A stretch of 64,000 bases of DNA from Paraphysomonas bandaiensis (Eukaryota; Protista; Chrysophyceae): the NCBI GenBank assembly GCA_965644295.1, contig CBFFRP010000068.1, positions 62,001 to 126,000 on the forward strand, read 5' to 3'. The translations under genes and the position numbers were made by a program. Positions 24,215-36,700 of this stretch are shown here, in pieces. The stretch's first letter is position 1; every line of letters starts with the position of its first letter. Under the pieces are notes generated by a model. The model saw only the letters and a list, made by a program, of their open reading frames with translations, did not search any database and was not told the DNA's origin.

Positions 24215-24869
24215 TGAGTACGGTACCTTCCACATTTTACAGAAAAAATGAAGGCATGAAGTATGTGAAGTCAATTTCAATGAAGTCGAAAGTGTAACTA
24301 CGGAGCTGTTGGTGTAGGGACTTGGAACACTTTAGAAATTTTAATCCAATCATATATCAGTATTTAAATATAATTGGTTAAATATACCTATTTCTACATT
24401 TATCGCTCAAATGCAAATGCACTGCTACATTTCAAGATTTTATGTGCTATATCACACAAAACACAGGATTTTTATATTCAACAATAAAAGATTTAAAAAA
24501 AAATATCCTTTTTTCTTATTTTTGTATATATTCTTCCAATATTCCAAAGAAAGAATCTTCAGTTTCTACTTATTACTTACACCCAACACACATATACAGC
24601 AGGACGGGGGACCATTCTATGCATATGTCATATAGATATCACCGTATCGTCATACTCACAACAATTCAATCTTATAACTATAATATAACATAATGATATC
24701 AATCATATTAATATCAATGAGTATATACATATACTTCTCTATTTAATAGAGTTGGAATCATTTATATTCTGTAGCCTATCATAATCAAACACGTGCAATA
24801 GATATATCCACACCTATCTACCCATATATAATACATCTATAATAGTATTATCACACTATAACAACAATC

Positions 24870-25913
24870 ATGCATAAATTACCAATTACAATGTACTCAA
24901 TATCCAGTGTGTCTGGTTTTGCATCTATTATTGTTATTGCAATATATCTTCGATACAATGAAATTAATAGAAAAATTTATAATCAAATGATATTTAATAT
25001 TGCAGTCTGTGATTTAATTATTGCAGTGGGTACATTTCTTGGTGTACCTGAAGATGACTCGATACTCTGTTATATTCAGAGTCCAATGGTTAATATTGGC
25101 CAGGTGGCACAAATATTTTGGGTCACTGTGTTGGCCTACTATTTGTACTTTATTCTTAGCAATTCGACTGCCACACTACAGACCACAGAATTTCTTGTGT
25201 CCAAACGAGTATACGTGTTGACATATGGTTTGGCAACTTTTGTTTCATTGATTCCTTTGACTACTGTTCCTATTGGTAAAATGGACGGTGGGTGGTGTTA
25301 CTTCAAGGAGCCAGCACACAACAAGTGGACCCTAGACTTGTGGTATGTTATCTCCATCTTTGGCTGGCTATATGTGTCAATAATGTTCTATATATACCTT
25401 ATATGGTACGTGTACGTAAAGTTATATCGTCAGGCCGAAGGTGGTATTCCTGTGAGCAGTTCTGTTCAAAAAGCCGCACTAAAAATTATTTGGTATCCTA
25501 TCATTCTGATGATTACGTACTTCATGGTGACACTGTACCTATTTTGGCTAACCGTGGACAAGAAAACTAACCTCACACTGGTGGGATTTATTGGGTTAAA
25601 CACCCAATTAGGTCAAGGACTGTTCGACTGCATTGCATTTCTGTATACTACTCCTCGAGCCCGGACTCTTGTGATAGAGGACTTAAGGACATTGTGGCGT
25701 GGGGGTGAATGTGAAAAACGGAGAGCATTCGACTCGACTGATTCATATATGTCAAGAGGAAATGGTCGACAATTGCTTAGTGCATTCTCTGGGTATCAAC
25801 GTAACTCTGACCAGTCCGGGTCCGGTAGGTCCCTTTTCGGACATGCCATGAACCCAATTCAGTCACATCCTTCAACGAGGAGCTGTAGTTCTCAAGGCAG
25901 CTCTGATCTGTGA
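24870..25913 (+). CDS. cAMP-receptor-like / GCR1-type 7TM GPCR
   Basis: Seven hydrophobic segments; IFNIAVCDLI, CYIQS, FWVTVLAY, GGWCY, KIIWYPIIL, GQGLFDCIAF typical of the Dicty_CAR/Git3 family; intronless. Confidence 0.85.
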   Translation: MHKLPITMYSISSVSGFASIIVIAIYLRYNEINRKIYNQMIFNIAVCDLIIAVGTFLGVPEDDSILCYIQSPMVNIGQVAQIFWVTVLAYYLYFILSNSTATLQTTEFLVSKRVYVLTYGLATFVSLIPLTTVPIGKMDGGWCYFKEPAHNKWTLDLWYVISIFGWLYVSIMFYIYLIWYVYVKLYRQAEGGIPVSSSVQKAALKIIWYPIILMITYFMVTLYLFWLTVDKKTNLTLVGFIGLNTQLGQGLFDCIAFLYTTPRARTLVIEDLRTLWRGGECEKRRAFDSTDSYMSRGNGRQLLSAFSGYQRNSDQSGSGRSLFGHAMNPIQSHPSTRSCSSQGSSDL

Positions 25914-26299
25914 ACTTCATTATTATACTATGCTATTTGGTCATTACACGACTTGATTTTACATACATTGTGATGATTGAAGTATATATCAAGTTACACG
26001 TGATACTTTATATAGGATTTTATATTTTACAGACCAACACAACACGTGAAATGCTTATAGGCAAACAACCAATACGTCGTTTCTATTAATTAGTACCCAC
26101 TGCTATATTGAATTGATAAATAATTACTGCGGTTTCATCTCATACATGTTGTTATTAATGGTTAACAAATGGGTTAGTATACAATCTGCTTTTCTGCTTG
26201 GGAACCCTTCTACAGAGAGTACCACTGAATACTTGTCAACTTTACACTGAGTTGATTTATTTCCAGCTACGGAACACTATAATGCAATCGCGTTGTCAG

Positions 26300-26419
26300 C
26301 AGGCTGCGTATCAATAAATTGACGCAGGTTGTAGTCAATTATAATTGCAATTATTACTTGCTGTCTCAATTTCAAGTATTGCAATTAACTGAAAATCAAT
26401 AAATTGATACGCAGCCCTG
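26300..26419. mobile_element. Small hAT-type MITE (about 120 bp)
   Basis: TIR core GGCTGCGTATCAAT (26302-26315) / ATTGATACGCAGCC (26403-26416); ends CAGG...CCCTG; flanks GTTGTCAG / ATTGTCAA match 6 of 8 (decayed 8-bp TSD). Confidence 0.6.
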
Positions 26420-26670
26420 ATTGTCAATACATTCACTCTTAAATTGAACTATTTTTACTTCACAACCTGTATTATATCGTTTCCTTAATACATAATATGC
26501 TTTCGTATAGGTTTTGCAAGCTGTTGCTTTCAGACATTAGACCTAGTTCTATTTTAGCAGAAAATTATCAGCAGCTCAGTGTGGTATACTTTGTAAGAAG
26601 GACACATATTGTGACATGAGTATTCTATCAAGGAATTATTTTATCCAAATGTAGAAATTTCAACTTTCAA

Positions 26671-27989
26671 CTACAAGTCTAAATCTCCATCTGAATCTGA
26701 GTCCTCATCGAACTCCTCATCATTGCGATCAAAAAGAACTAGTTGCGCTGGCATACTTTTCACCGTATTCAACAATTCGTCTGCAGTAGTGGGTTCTTTT
26801 TCGGGCTCGTCCTTGGTTCTATTACTTTGTTCACTCAGAGCACCAAGGTTTTTAGTGGAATCGTCCTCGGCATCCTTCACGCCTTGTCGATCTGGATCCT
26901 CTTCATCTTGTCGTGCCTGCTCAACCGCTGTTGATTTTTGGCTCACGTGTTGTAACTCATATATCTTCCCCGTTAGAGAACTGCTCGTAGAATCACCTAC
27001 TATACCAGGAGCGAACAGTTCTGTAGTCTCTGTGACACGTCCAGTGGAAGGAGACTTGCGGACAGTATGTATGGTGCAAAGAACATTGGCGTACACACCA
27101 CTCGTATTGGGAAGCACGTTGGAAAATGTCGTGCAGTGTCTCTGATTAAGTCAAGACAATGAATGAGGATGAATGACAGCAAAGAAAGTAAACCCGTTTG
27201 TGCACATACCTGGACAAGTGAGAGAAATTGGGGTGAGTGAAGACGACACTGCATCACTAAAACACAGGCTCGATCTTCATGTGAAGCCGACTGTGACACA
27301 TTTGTCCCATTGTTCGGTGGAGAAGGGTTGTTGTGCATCAGTGTACCAAGTCGCTTCACCCAATCAAGTGTCCACTTCTCACCCATACACACCGCTACCT
27401 ATGAATTAGCATGAAGAGTATTACTAGGACGCCTAAACGAATACCTCGCTAACAGAATATACAACTACGCCGACTCCAATTGATTTCAAATTGATTAGTT
27501 CCTTTAAAGTTTCGTCCAGTCTACGTAGTGTATTCAGTAGTCGCTCCTTGGCTACAATGCAAAATCAATATATACCACCATATATATAAGTAATTATATA
27601 ACCTGCTGCAACATAATCATCCTGAACAGTTATATCACATTCAAAACTGTTAATACATGACAGTTTTGGATAAGTTTGTAAAAAATGAGTAAAGTTTAAC
27701 ATGCTCCGATCCTATAGTGAGATATCACTACGAGTCACAAGCATATATATATGTATATGAACATCTTACCAAATTAACACATATAACTTTATTATATCTC
27801 TGATTTTCCAGCATCTATATAATAAATATGTAAGTATTATATATATATATATTTGTATATATTTACTTTTTTTAATATGAAATCAGCTGCATGTATACTA
27901 TAATTAACTCCCCCTTCACATGGGCCTGATATACAACCTAATCCACCTTTCACAACACATGCTTGTTCTAATCCTGATAATGATGGCAT
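26671..27989 (-). CDS. ELP5: Elongator complex subunit 5-like protein (multi-exon)
   Basis: Spliced ORF from ATG 27989; RKSPSTGRVTETTELF and terminal LFDRNDEEFDEDSDSDGDLDL resemble the ELP5 C-terminal signature. Confidence 0.5.
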
Positions 27990-28756
27990 AATTTATAATA
28001 AAAGTGTTGATGATGATGATGTTTAATTATGAACAGTGTAATGTATGAGTTGTGTTTAAGAATGAGAGAATTAATAGTTAAAATGTCGTCCAATTATTAC
28101 ATTATTACATCACTTTTTGTAAAATTACATATACATATATCCCATATACATATACCTACACATAACTATTCTATATTTTATCATTATTTTTTTCGTACAA
28201 TTCCTCTAAAAAATATATACAAGTGTATATCATCCAATTATAATATCTGTATATATTTAATACTCTTTTAATTGGATAAATTTCCTTATCTGTCCTCCAT
28301 ACACACATACTTATATACGCATCTGTATATATACCATTCAGGTAGAGTACAGTGAGAGCTCATTTGACAGACAGTACGAATATACAGTAGAGCAGTACAG
28401 CAGTACAACAGTACAACAGTACAACACTACATCCAGCAGTACAGTGAGAGCTATCTATAGACACAGTACGATATACAGTACAGCAGTACACAAGACACTA
28501 CAGTACTGTAGTACAGCAGTACACAGCAGTAGATACATACATTACCATTACTGTCCACAAGCTGCTGTTTCCAATACAATGAAATCAACATGCAATCCAT
28601 ATATACATACGAGACATCTAGACATATCAATGCATTCACTGATAGAACAATATCATATAATCAACTAACAATACATACACATACCCTACTTACCCATATC
28701 TATATTACTAACATTACAATCCAATATACATACATATATACATACATATATTACTA

Positions 28757-30367
28757 ATGGATACACTCATACAACGATTAAAGAACTCCAATACACAATC
28801 TAGTATGGAAGCTGGATTACAATTTCAACCAAAGTAAATATATTTCTATATATGTATATACTGATATATTAATAATTTTATTATACATAATTTAAAAAAC
28901 AAACAAACTAACACATACATACATACAGAGAATCTGATATATTCATCACTACATATCCGGTAAATTTATATACAGTTTGTTATTATAAAAGATTTATTTG
29001 CACTTTTTATTATTAAATTAGAAATGTGGAACAACTTGGGTATCATTTATTGCACACTCATTACGTAGTCGTGGAAATATTGATTTTGATGAAATAACTT
29101 CGGTATGTATTTCATGATTTGATGTGATACATGTAATAGATCTTTATTAGGTTGTTCCGTGGACGATATACGCTCAAGATTGCAATCAGGACTTGGATGC
29201 TGAACATGAGTTCAATCCGAGATTATTTAAAGTTAGTATCTGGTGTTTGCAATTGATTTTTGTGATTGACATCATAATAGAGCCACGAGTCTTACGATAT
29301 TGTTCCGAAAGGAGGAAAGTATATTTACGTTTCACGACACCCTCATGATGTCTGCGTCTCGATGTATCAATTCCTGCTAGACTTTGTTCAAGTTAGTAAT
29401 TGTGTAATTCTATACACCGTCTTTATTATTACACTAGGTGGACAACTCAGAAGTTTCATTGGAAGAGTTTGCGGAAAAAATTTTCGTCGGTAAAATCTTT
29501 GCATCTAACTTCCACACCTGTAATTATGTTGCGTTGTTTATATATGCCAGGTCATGGCACTAAATCTGGCAAAATATGGAGGCACTTTTTATCGTTTTAT
29601 CCACATAGGTGTGTCAAATATGGTGTATGCTTCTCAAGACTGAGCAAGTTGTGTGCGTTTGTTTTATAGGAATGATGATAATGTGTTGTGGCTGTGTTAT
29701 GAAGACCTCACGGCGAACACAGAACGCTGCGTCGAGCGTATTGCAGGTATCTGGTTTGTTCATTTACTATGCACGATCTAATTTAACGACGCAAAGAATT
29801 TATGGGTATTGAATTGGATGATGAACTAAGGGAGATCGTAATGCGCCAGTCATCTTTTGCTTTCATGAAAGTAAGTAGACTGTGGTAAACGTCACATAGC
29901 AATCACCATGGTTGTGCAGGAACATCAAAGTCTATTTGATGATCACTTGGTAAGATATACATATTTCACCGGTATTGTGATATAACTTCTTGTTGTGCAG
30001 GTATTTGACTCTTGTAAAGTTCGGATGGGACTACCTCCCGATACGAAGGTTGCAAACTTCAATATTTTTGAAATGCTAATAATATTCTATGTATTGTAGG
30101 TGCTTGCGAGCAAGGTAAACAAGGGTAAAGCGGGGGCAAGGGTTTCACTCACGGATGAAATACGGGCAATGCTAGACCAACAATGGGACGAGGTATACTA
30201 CACACGAATATGAGTTGTATAAACATTTTCGCATGTGTTGTAGCCCTAATACGCAACAGCTGGGACTTTGATTTCATTTTGAGTTACGTTATTTGTAGGT
30301 AATACGTACAGAAACAGGGCTACCCGACTACGACAGTCTACGTCGAGAAGTGGCACAGCCGATATAG
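28757..30367 (+). CDS. Cytosolic-type PAPS sulfotransferase (Sulfotransfer_1), about 13 small exons
   Basis: Spliced DIFITTYP|KCGTTW (5'-PSB loop), PRLFK|SH, KYIYVSRHPHDVCVS (3'-PB), LWLCYEDL, SSFAFMK, KVNKGKAG; GT-AG introns; largely missed by the ORF track. Confidence 0.9.
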
Positions 30368-30875
30368 CCGTATTGTCGATACCATGTTATTTGTCTGTCA
30401 CTTACAAAACTCAGAACACATTATATGACTAGTGAACTCACATTTTTGATATCAAAAGTATTAGGCACAGGTATGTATACAGAGTTTATGTAGTAGTTAT
30501 GGTTGAAATGAGTTGATCATACATTGATCCTCGGCGAATAACTCAAACAATTTAACTCTTTTGTTCGTTTATACATGATTGTCACTGTCTACTGCGTATG
30601 CCATGCCACGCAAATTGCTTCAGCTCTACACAACCCTCAACGAATGCAGTACATGCTCATTGTTTGAAGACTTAAACTTATTTCAATACCGATATTTATT
30701 AATAAAAGCAATTTATGAGTAAGTATCATCAATTCAAGGTTTTAAAATAAATGACCCATAGAATTAATGTATCTGAAAATAATATTGACATGCTACATCT
30801 AGAAAGCAGCTTATTAGCATCGTATTATATTATATGACCCCCACCTCTTATATAAATGATAAAGAATGAGAACAA

Positions 30876-33011
30876 TCAAAAGAAACCCAACCCATACTGC
30901 GTACTTAGCATCACACATACCCCAATAAATCCCAGCCTTGTAAAATATTTAAATGCAATACCCAGGTACTGTTTGAAGTAGTAGTTCGTATACTCCCGCA
31001 TTGCATTAACGTATTGAATATTCTCACCAGGACTACGAAAGGGGTGCTTGAACACACAGTCTTTTTCTGATATTCGAGGATTCATTGAACAATTTCCGGA
31101 CACATACCGTGCGCGCTGCTCGATCAACGGGAGAATCATCCAGTACTTTCCTTGCTCCGGTTTCGCCTTCTGTAGTATAGCCACCTCTTGTCGTAGGCGC
31201 TGCACAATATCGGGGTATATAGTTGCAATATTACGTGATTCTGTAGGATCTTCCTCAAGGTCGAAGAGATAGAGCATTCCAGGCTCCTGGGATATCATAT
31301 GAGCCTTGTGTATAAATGCTAATAAAATTGATCCTTTCATTGTGTCGAATTCGGCTGACCCATACAACCACTCCGCGAGACGGAACAGCCACTCTCCTGC
31401 ATATGAAGCAACGGTGCGGTCTGTACAATTACGATGACCACTAATACTCTCATGACAATAGAATGTATCCTCAAATATACCCTCGACAAGCTTATACCTT
31501 CCATGTCTGTAACCAACGCCCCACATAGAGCTATGCATCTTATCACCCGGAGAAGTCAGCTCTATCAGTACATTTTCTCTTGGGTGTGGCATTTCTTTAC
31601 GAAGCGCGCCAGAAATATCCATGCCATCTAACCCTTCCGGAAATTGGGATTGTGGAATTCCAGTGACAGACAAAAGAGTTGGCAGCCAATCAGATACATG
31701 TATTATACCACGATAACTCCTCCCCCCATGCCCGAAGTACCGTTTATCATCTGTGAAGTCTACCACAACTCCAGGAACTCTGCACCCGCCCTCGAAAGGA
31801 GAAAACTTTCCACCCCTGAGAGGGGAGTTGAGTCCGCCCTCCCATGTAGCACCTCCGTTATCACTGGTAATAATCATCACCGTATCCTCTCCCAAATACT
31901 GTTGAATAGCGCCAGTAATATTTTGAATACCTTCATCTAGAAATAGACTTGTCAACCACCTCGTTATTAAAGTCCGTAATATGGCTCATACCTACACCTG
32001 CCATCATACCACAGTAGTCTCTTCGCCATTTATGCGGGATGTGAGAACATACAGATTCATGTCTTGGATGAGGTGTCAGAGGGGAGTGGGGCGCCGTAAA
32101 CGAAACGTACAGAAAGAGTGGTGACGAAGCTGAGAAATAATAATGAATAGCACGCAGCTAATAAAATTGGTTCACAACTACATAAACTACTCGAAACTGC
32201 GGGCATCCTTCACAACCAACCTTCAGAATAGGTGCGAATAATATCAATCGCTTCAGATGACTGAGCTTCAGTTGCGTGCCGTGGTTCTGCATAATGAGAA
32301 TAAGAACCGTTCTCGTATGCCCGCATCCAGTCAATACATCCTGGATCAGAGGGGCTGACATGCATCTGTTTGCTCCAACTGTCTACACTTAGATCCAAAT
32401 TACCGACAAAAGACTCGAAACCTCTGCCCACTGGAAGCTGTGTATTGAAAACACAAAGCTATTGAAATAAAGTAAAGTGATGTACATTGCAGCGCACCTG
32501 CTCCCATTGTGAGTATCCAAGATGCCACTACACATAGCCTAACATTAATAATAGCGATCTAGACAGAATTTTAAGGATAATAACCTTTCCAACCATGTGG
32601 GTAGAGTAATTCCCCTTTACACGTAATATCTCTGGAAGGACAGGAATATTTAGAGGAATACCAGCAGCAGATCCTGGTAACACTGCAAATGGTAAGCCAG
32701 AATTAACTGCATATCTTCCAGTCATAAATGATGATCTCGTTGGTGTGCATGTTGGATGAACATAATACCATTCCAACTAATAAGATATAAATGTTATTAT
32801 AGAATACTATTAATAACATTATAATGACCTGAATACCATGTGTTTGTATTAAGTTATTTATAAATGGTGTCTGTATGTATGTATGTGAGTTATTATAACT
32901 AATATCTGCATAACCAACATCATCTAACATAATAAATATAATATTTGGTGTACATTGATAACATGACCATAGAATAATAAAGATTATATACCAATATATA
33001 TATGTAATCAT
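30876..33011 (-). CDS. Arylsulfatase B-like sulfatase (FGly-dependent S1 family), signal peptide and C-terminal TM
   Basis: PNIIFIMLDDVGY, CTPTR (CxPxR), spliced VGK|WHLG, GRGFESF, LFLYVSFTAPHSP, TSDNGG, PLRGGK..FEGGCRVP, HVSDWLPTL, LFDLEEDPTE. Confidence 0.95.
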
Positions 33012-33705
33012 TATAATAACTTATAATCTTATAATAATGATATATATGTATATGTATATAGTAATATGCGTCTATATTAGTGTTGTTTACAGTGTTGTTT
33101 ATAGTGTTCTCAAATATTTTCATAGAAATTTCTGTAAGAATTCGTAATAGTAGATTATATATAGAGAGTAGTTATGATAGATAGACGACACTTGTGGATG
33201 TTACGATACTTTACATACATATGGATATACCTTTAATTGAAGTGTTACTAAGAATTCATATACTCTCAATTCTAGTATGATATCCCCATGTAGCTATTAC
33301 ACTTCTATGATTAACCAATCCACATGTGTTTTATTCTAATACCGTGATATCATTGGATAAAAACTTCTAACTATGTCGTTTGCTGTACACTATACAACAG
33401 CAGGCCCTGCAGTTTTCATCCCCCAAAAATACAAAAATACCGTAATTTGAAAACCCCAAAAATGAATATTGCCAAAATTCAAAAAGTTAAGTTGGTTGTA
33501 TTAAAAAGGCCAGTTAAACAAAGTCTTAAAGTCGAAGTGTATGAAGTAATCTGAGTTGGAATTCAATATATTATAAATTATATAATACAGTATTGAAAGC
33601 GTATCAATTCATATGTTAGTGTTCTTCTATATATCTTATTAATCATATATATATATATTGATTCATAATAAAGATTAAGAAGAACTTGTTGACATCAGAG
33701 ATATC

Positions 33706-36700
33706 ATGGATATTGGATCGAAATCATTACAAGAAAAAAGAAGACCAAAACGAGGTAATCATTCATATATATATAATTATATGGTTTATATATATATATA
33801 TATAGACGATAATACACAACATACTCCTATAGAAAATGAGGTAAGGATATAATTCTGATCATAGGGAATAAGATTATCATAATGAATTCTAATGTATAGG
33901 ATGATCCTCTACTATCTAGTGATAGAAAAGATCATATAGATACAGAGAAATCTATAGATAAGATTGGAGATGGAGTTATAAGCACAAGTAATAGTAAAAC
34001 ACCCAGATTAAGAAGAAATAGACGTGAAAGAGATACAAAGAATGTAAAAAAACGAGATATTATACTATATCTATGTAATAGTTGTAAATATATGAATAGT
34101 CTACTAGTAATCGTAAGATGGAAGATGATGTTGCTGAAGAAAAGCCGTCAAACAGAGAGAGAGAAGAGATTCCGAATCGTGATAAAGGGTATGGAATCAC
34201 AATATTCTATCGTATTGTTGTCGTCTATAAACGACGTGATATTCCTCTATTAGTTGTAGTATTCTTCTTAAATGTGTGTATGTAGCAGTGATGATTATAC
34301 TCCGAAAGTACCAGAGACTAATCGGATTGGGATTGGTCACGGGGACTGTTGTCTACCTATAAATCGAGTACTCTCTTCTGTTTTTGCTTGTGTTGGACTA
34401 GGTACGGGGTTGCTTATATTGTTCTAATGTATTCAAAATATATAAAATATTTTGAAAACATGAAACACTTCCAATTGTACTTTCTATATATGGTGACAAT
34501 TATACTTGCATTTCAAGGCTACCGCCTAAACGACCCTTCTGAGAGAAAACTTGATCAAAAGTTATGGAGAAAGTAAGTTACTAACTACGTATCCTTGAGT
34601 GGCATAAAACTTCTCTCTTATGTCTACAGAGTAATCGATAGCAAAGCATTCGATTGTGTCAAAGAAAATTGCTTCTCTATTACTATCGGTATTTATATGT
34701 CGTATTTTTTCACTGTTATTATAATTTCTATTGTGTTAATTTCTGCAACAGGGGGCTTGTCAGACCTTCAAGGGATTCTAGGTTCTGCGGTGAAACCATT
34801 CGTGAAAATACATATCGTTGATGCCGATACTGGTAAGTCGGTACAAAATGTGGATGATACAAATCAATATCACATATAATTTCATCATTGTATTGTAGGT
34901 TTGTACGCCGGTGTGAGCGGAAGTACAGGAGGCAGGGTGAACCCCGTCACTACAAGGTATGTATATGTATGTACTATCTTACGCTTTATTGATCACTCGC
35001 TTACTCGACTGCAGGCAAGCACAATTGAGTGGTTCGGCATTTGATGTCGCACGATGGGATGAGGAGATCGTGTTTCCGACCGTGAGATTGGGGTCTGTAG
35101 TTGTTATCAAGTGTTCCATTTAATGTTGTTATGTATTTCAGCGATGTGGTTTCTCCAAGAAGTCTTGTACTCTTTGAAATACTGGATGACCCACCGAAGC
35201 TGTCTCTCCGCCGTGCACAAGCTGGCGCAGTATTGGATGAGGTCAAGAAGTATACCAGGCTTGCTTGGGCGTTTCTGTTACCAGTCGGCCAAGGAGGTGC
35301 TGTGTTCATCACTGGCTATATGAATATATATTCTATGCTTTTTCCGCCCTACTTAAGTGAAATATTTTGCAGTGAATGTAGGATATCCTAGGCACATTAG
35401 TGGTGATGCGAAAAATGAAAAAGAGGGTAAGTCATCGGATTCTCGGGCACGTGTTGGTACGAGGGCAAGAAGTCGTGCTTTGGGAAGAAAGAATGAAGAG
35501 GAGGAGGAAAAAGCTAACACTGGTGACGAAGAAGAGAGAATAGATAAAGGGGATGAAAAAGAACCGGTAGATATCGACCCGAAGCTCTGTGATCTACGTC
35601 TACGCTTGCAACTTTATGAACACCAGTAAGAAATTTTGTGATGTTTGTATTTTTTTATGTCTGTTTGTGACGATTTATCGCTTTCCAATAGTGTGTGGTA
35701 TGTTTGTATATTCAATCCTCTTACTCATATTGCTGCGGCATACCAGAACGGAATCGTTTTCGACCAGAGTGCAAAGAGCGGCCCACGGTTGGCCTGAATG
35801 CCCAGATTCAGCAGACCAGCTTAAGACGTACGCACATGTTTTTGTATAAATTATATTCGACGTATCCTATGTGCTAAGTTTTTGCATTTGAATTCATATG
35901 TGTGGGAAGATGAATAGACGTAAAGTGACGTGGATGTCCCTGTTTGATCGAATTAATACCACAATTTACGTAGAGAGTCACCCAGCAGATACCCTGACAG
36001 CATTCCCGAGGTCTATCTCCAGTATCGGCGGAAGGCTTTGCGGCAGGTATGAACATGCCCTTCCATGATTTCTCCATTTGTTACTTTACTGCCAGATGTC
36101 TAGCATCATGGAAGTGCAAACTGGCTACCGTATACCTGTTGACGGTGTCGGAAGGAAGGATCTTGCTGAGGCGCATGGAGGGGGTGTGGATGACGAGGAC
36201 CAACCCAGGTATTCAATCTGATCTGATTAGCTGTATAGCTCCATCTGAAAGTCTAAATATTTCTGTTATATGTAGGTCTTCACAGGCTCAAGAAGACTTG
36301 GCCAAGAGTCGCCTGAAGTAATTCTGAACTATGAACTTTAACATATCCAATGAGTGGTTTTATGTGTGTAGGGCATCGATATTAAAACGAACCCGTGCAC
36401 CCAACGAACCATGTGTTCTACCGAATAAGCTTTTGCATCGTGTTGATGTTAGTATTGTTGTTGACATCAGTGTATCATACCAATTTAGCAGCTGTGACAT
36501 GCTTGATTATATTATATTGTGTCATGTGGCATATATGTTTAGTGCGATACAACACCTACTCTTGTCAAATGGCCACGTACTTTGGTAGTCTGTCTGTGTG
36601 GTATACTTTACGGGGTTTTCTAGTAGATTATTCATTTTTCACGCGTAGGTCGGTAAAGATGGAGCTATGGTTGTCTCATTTTCCCACAAGGGTCACCTTC

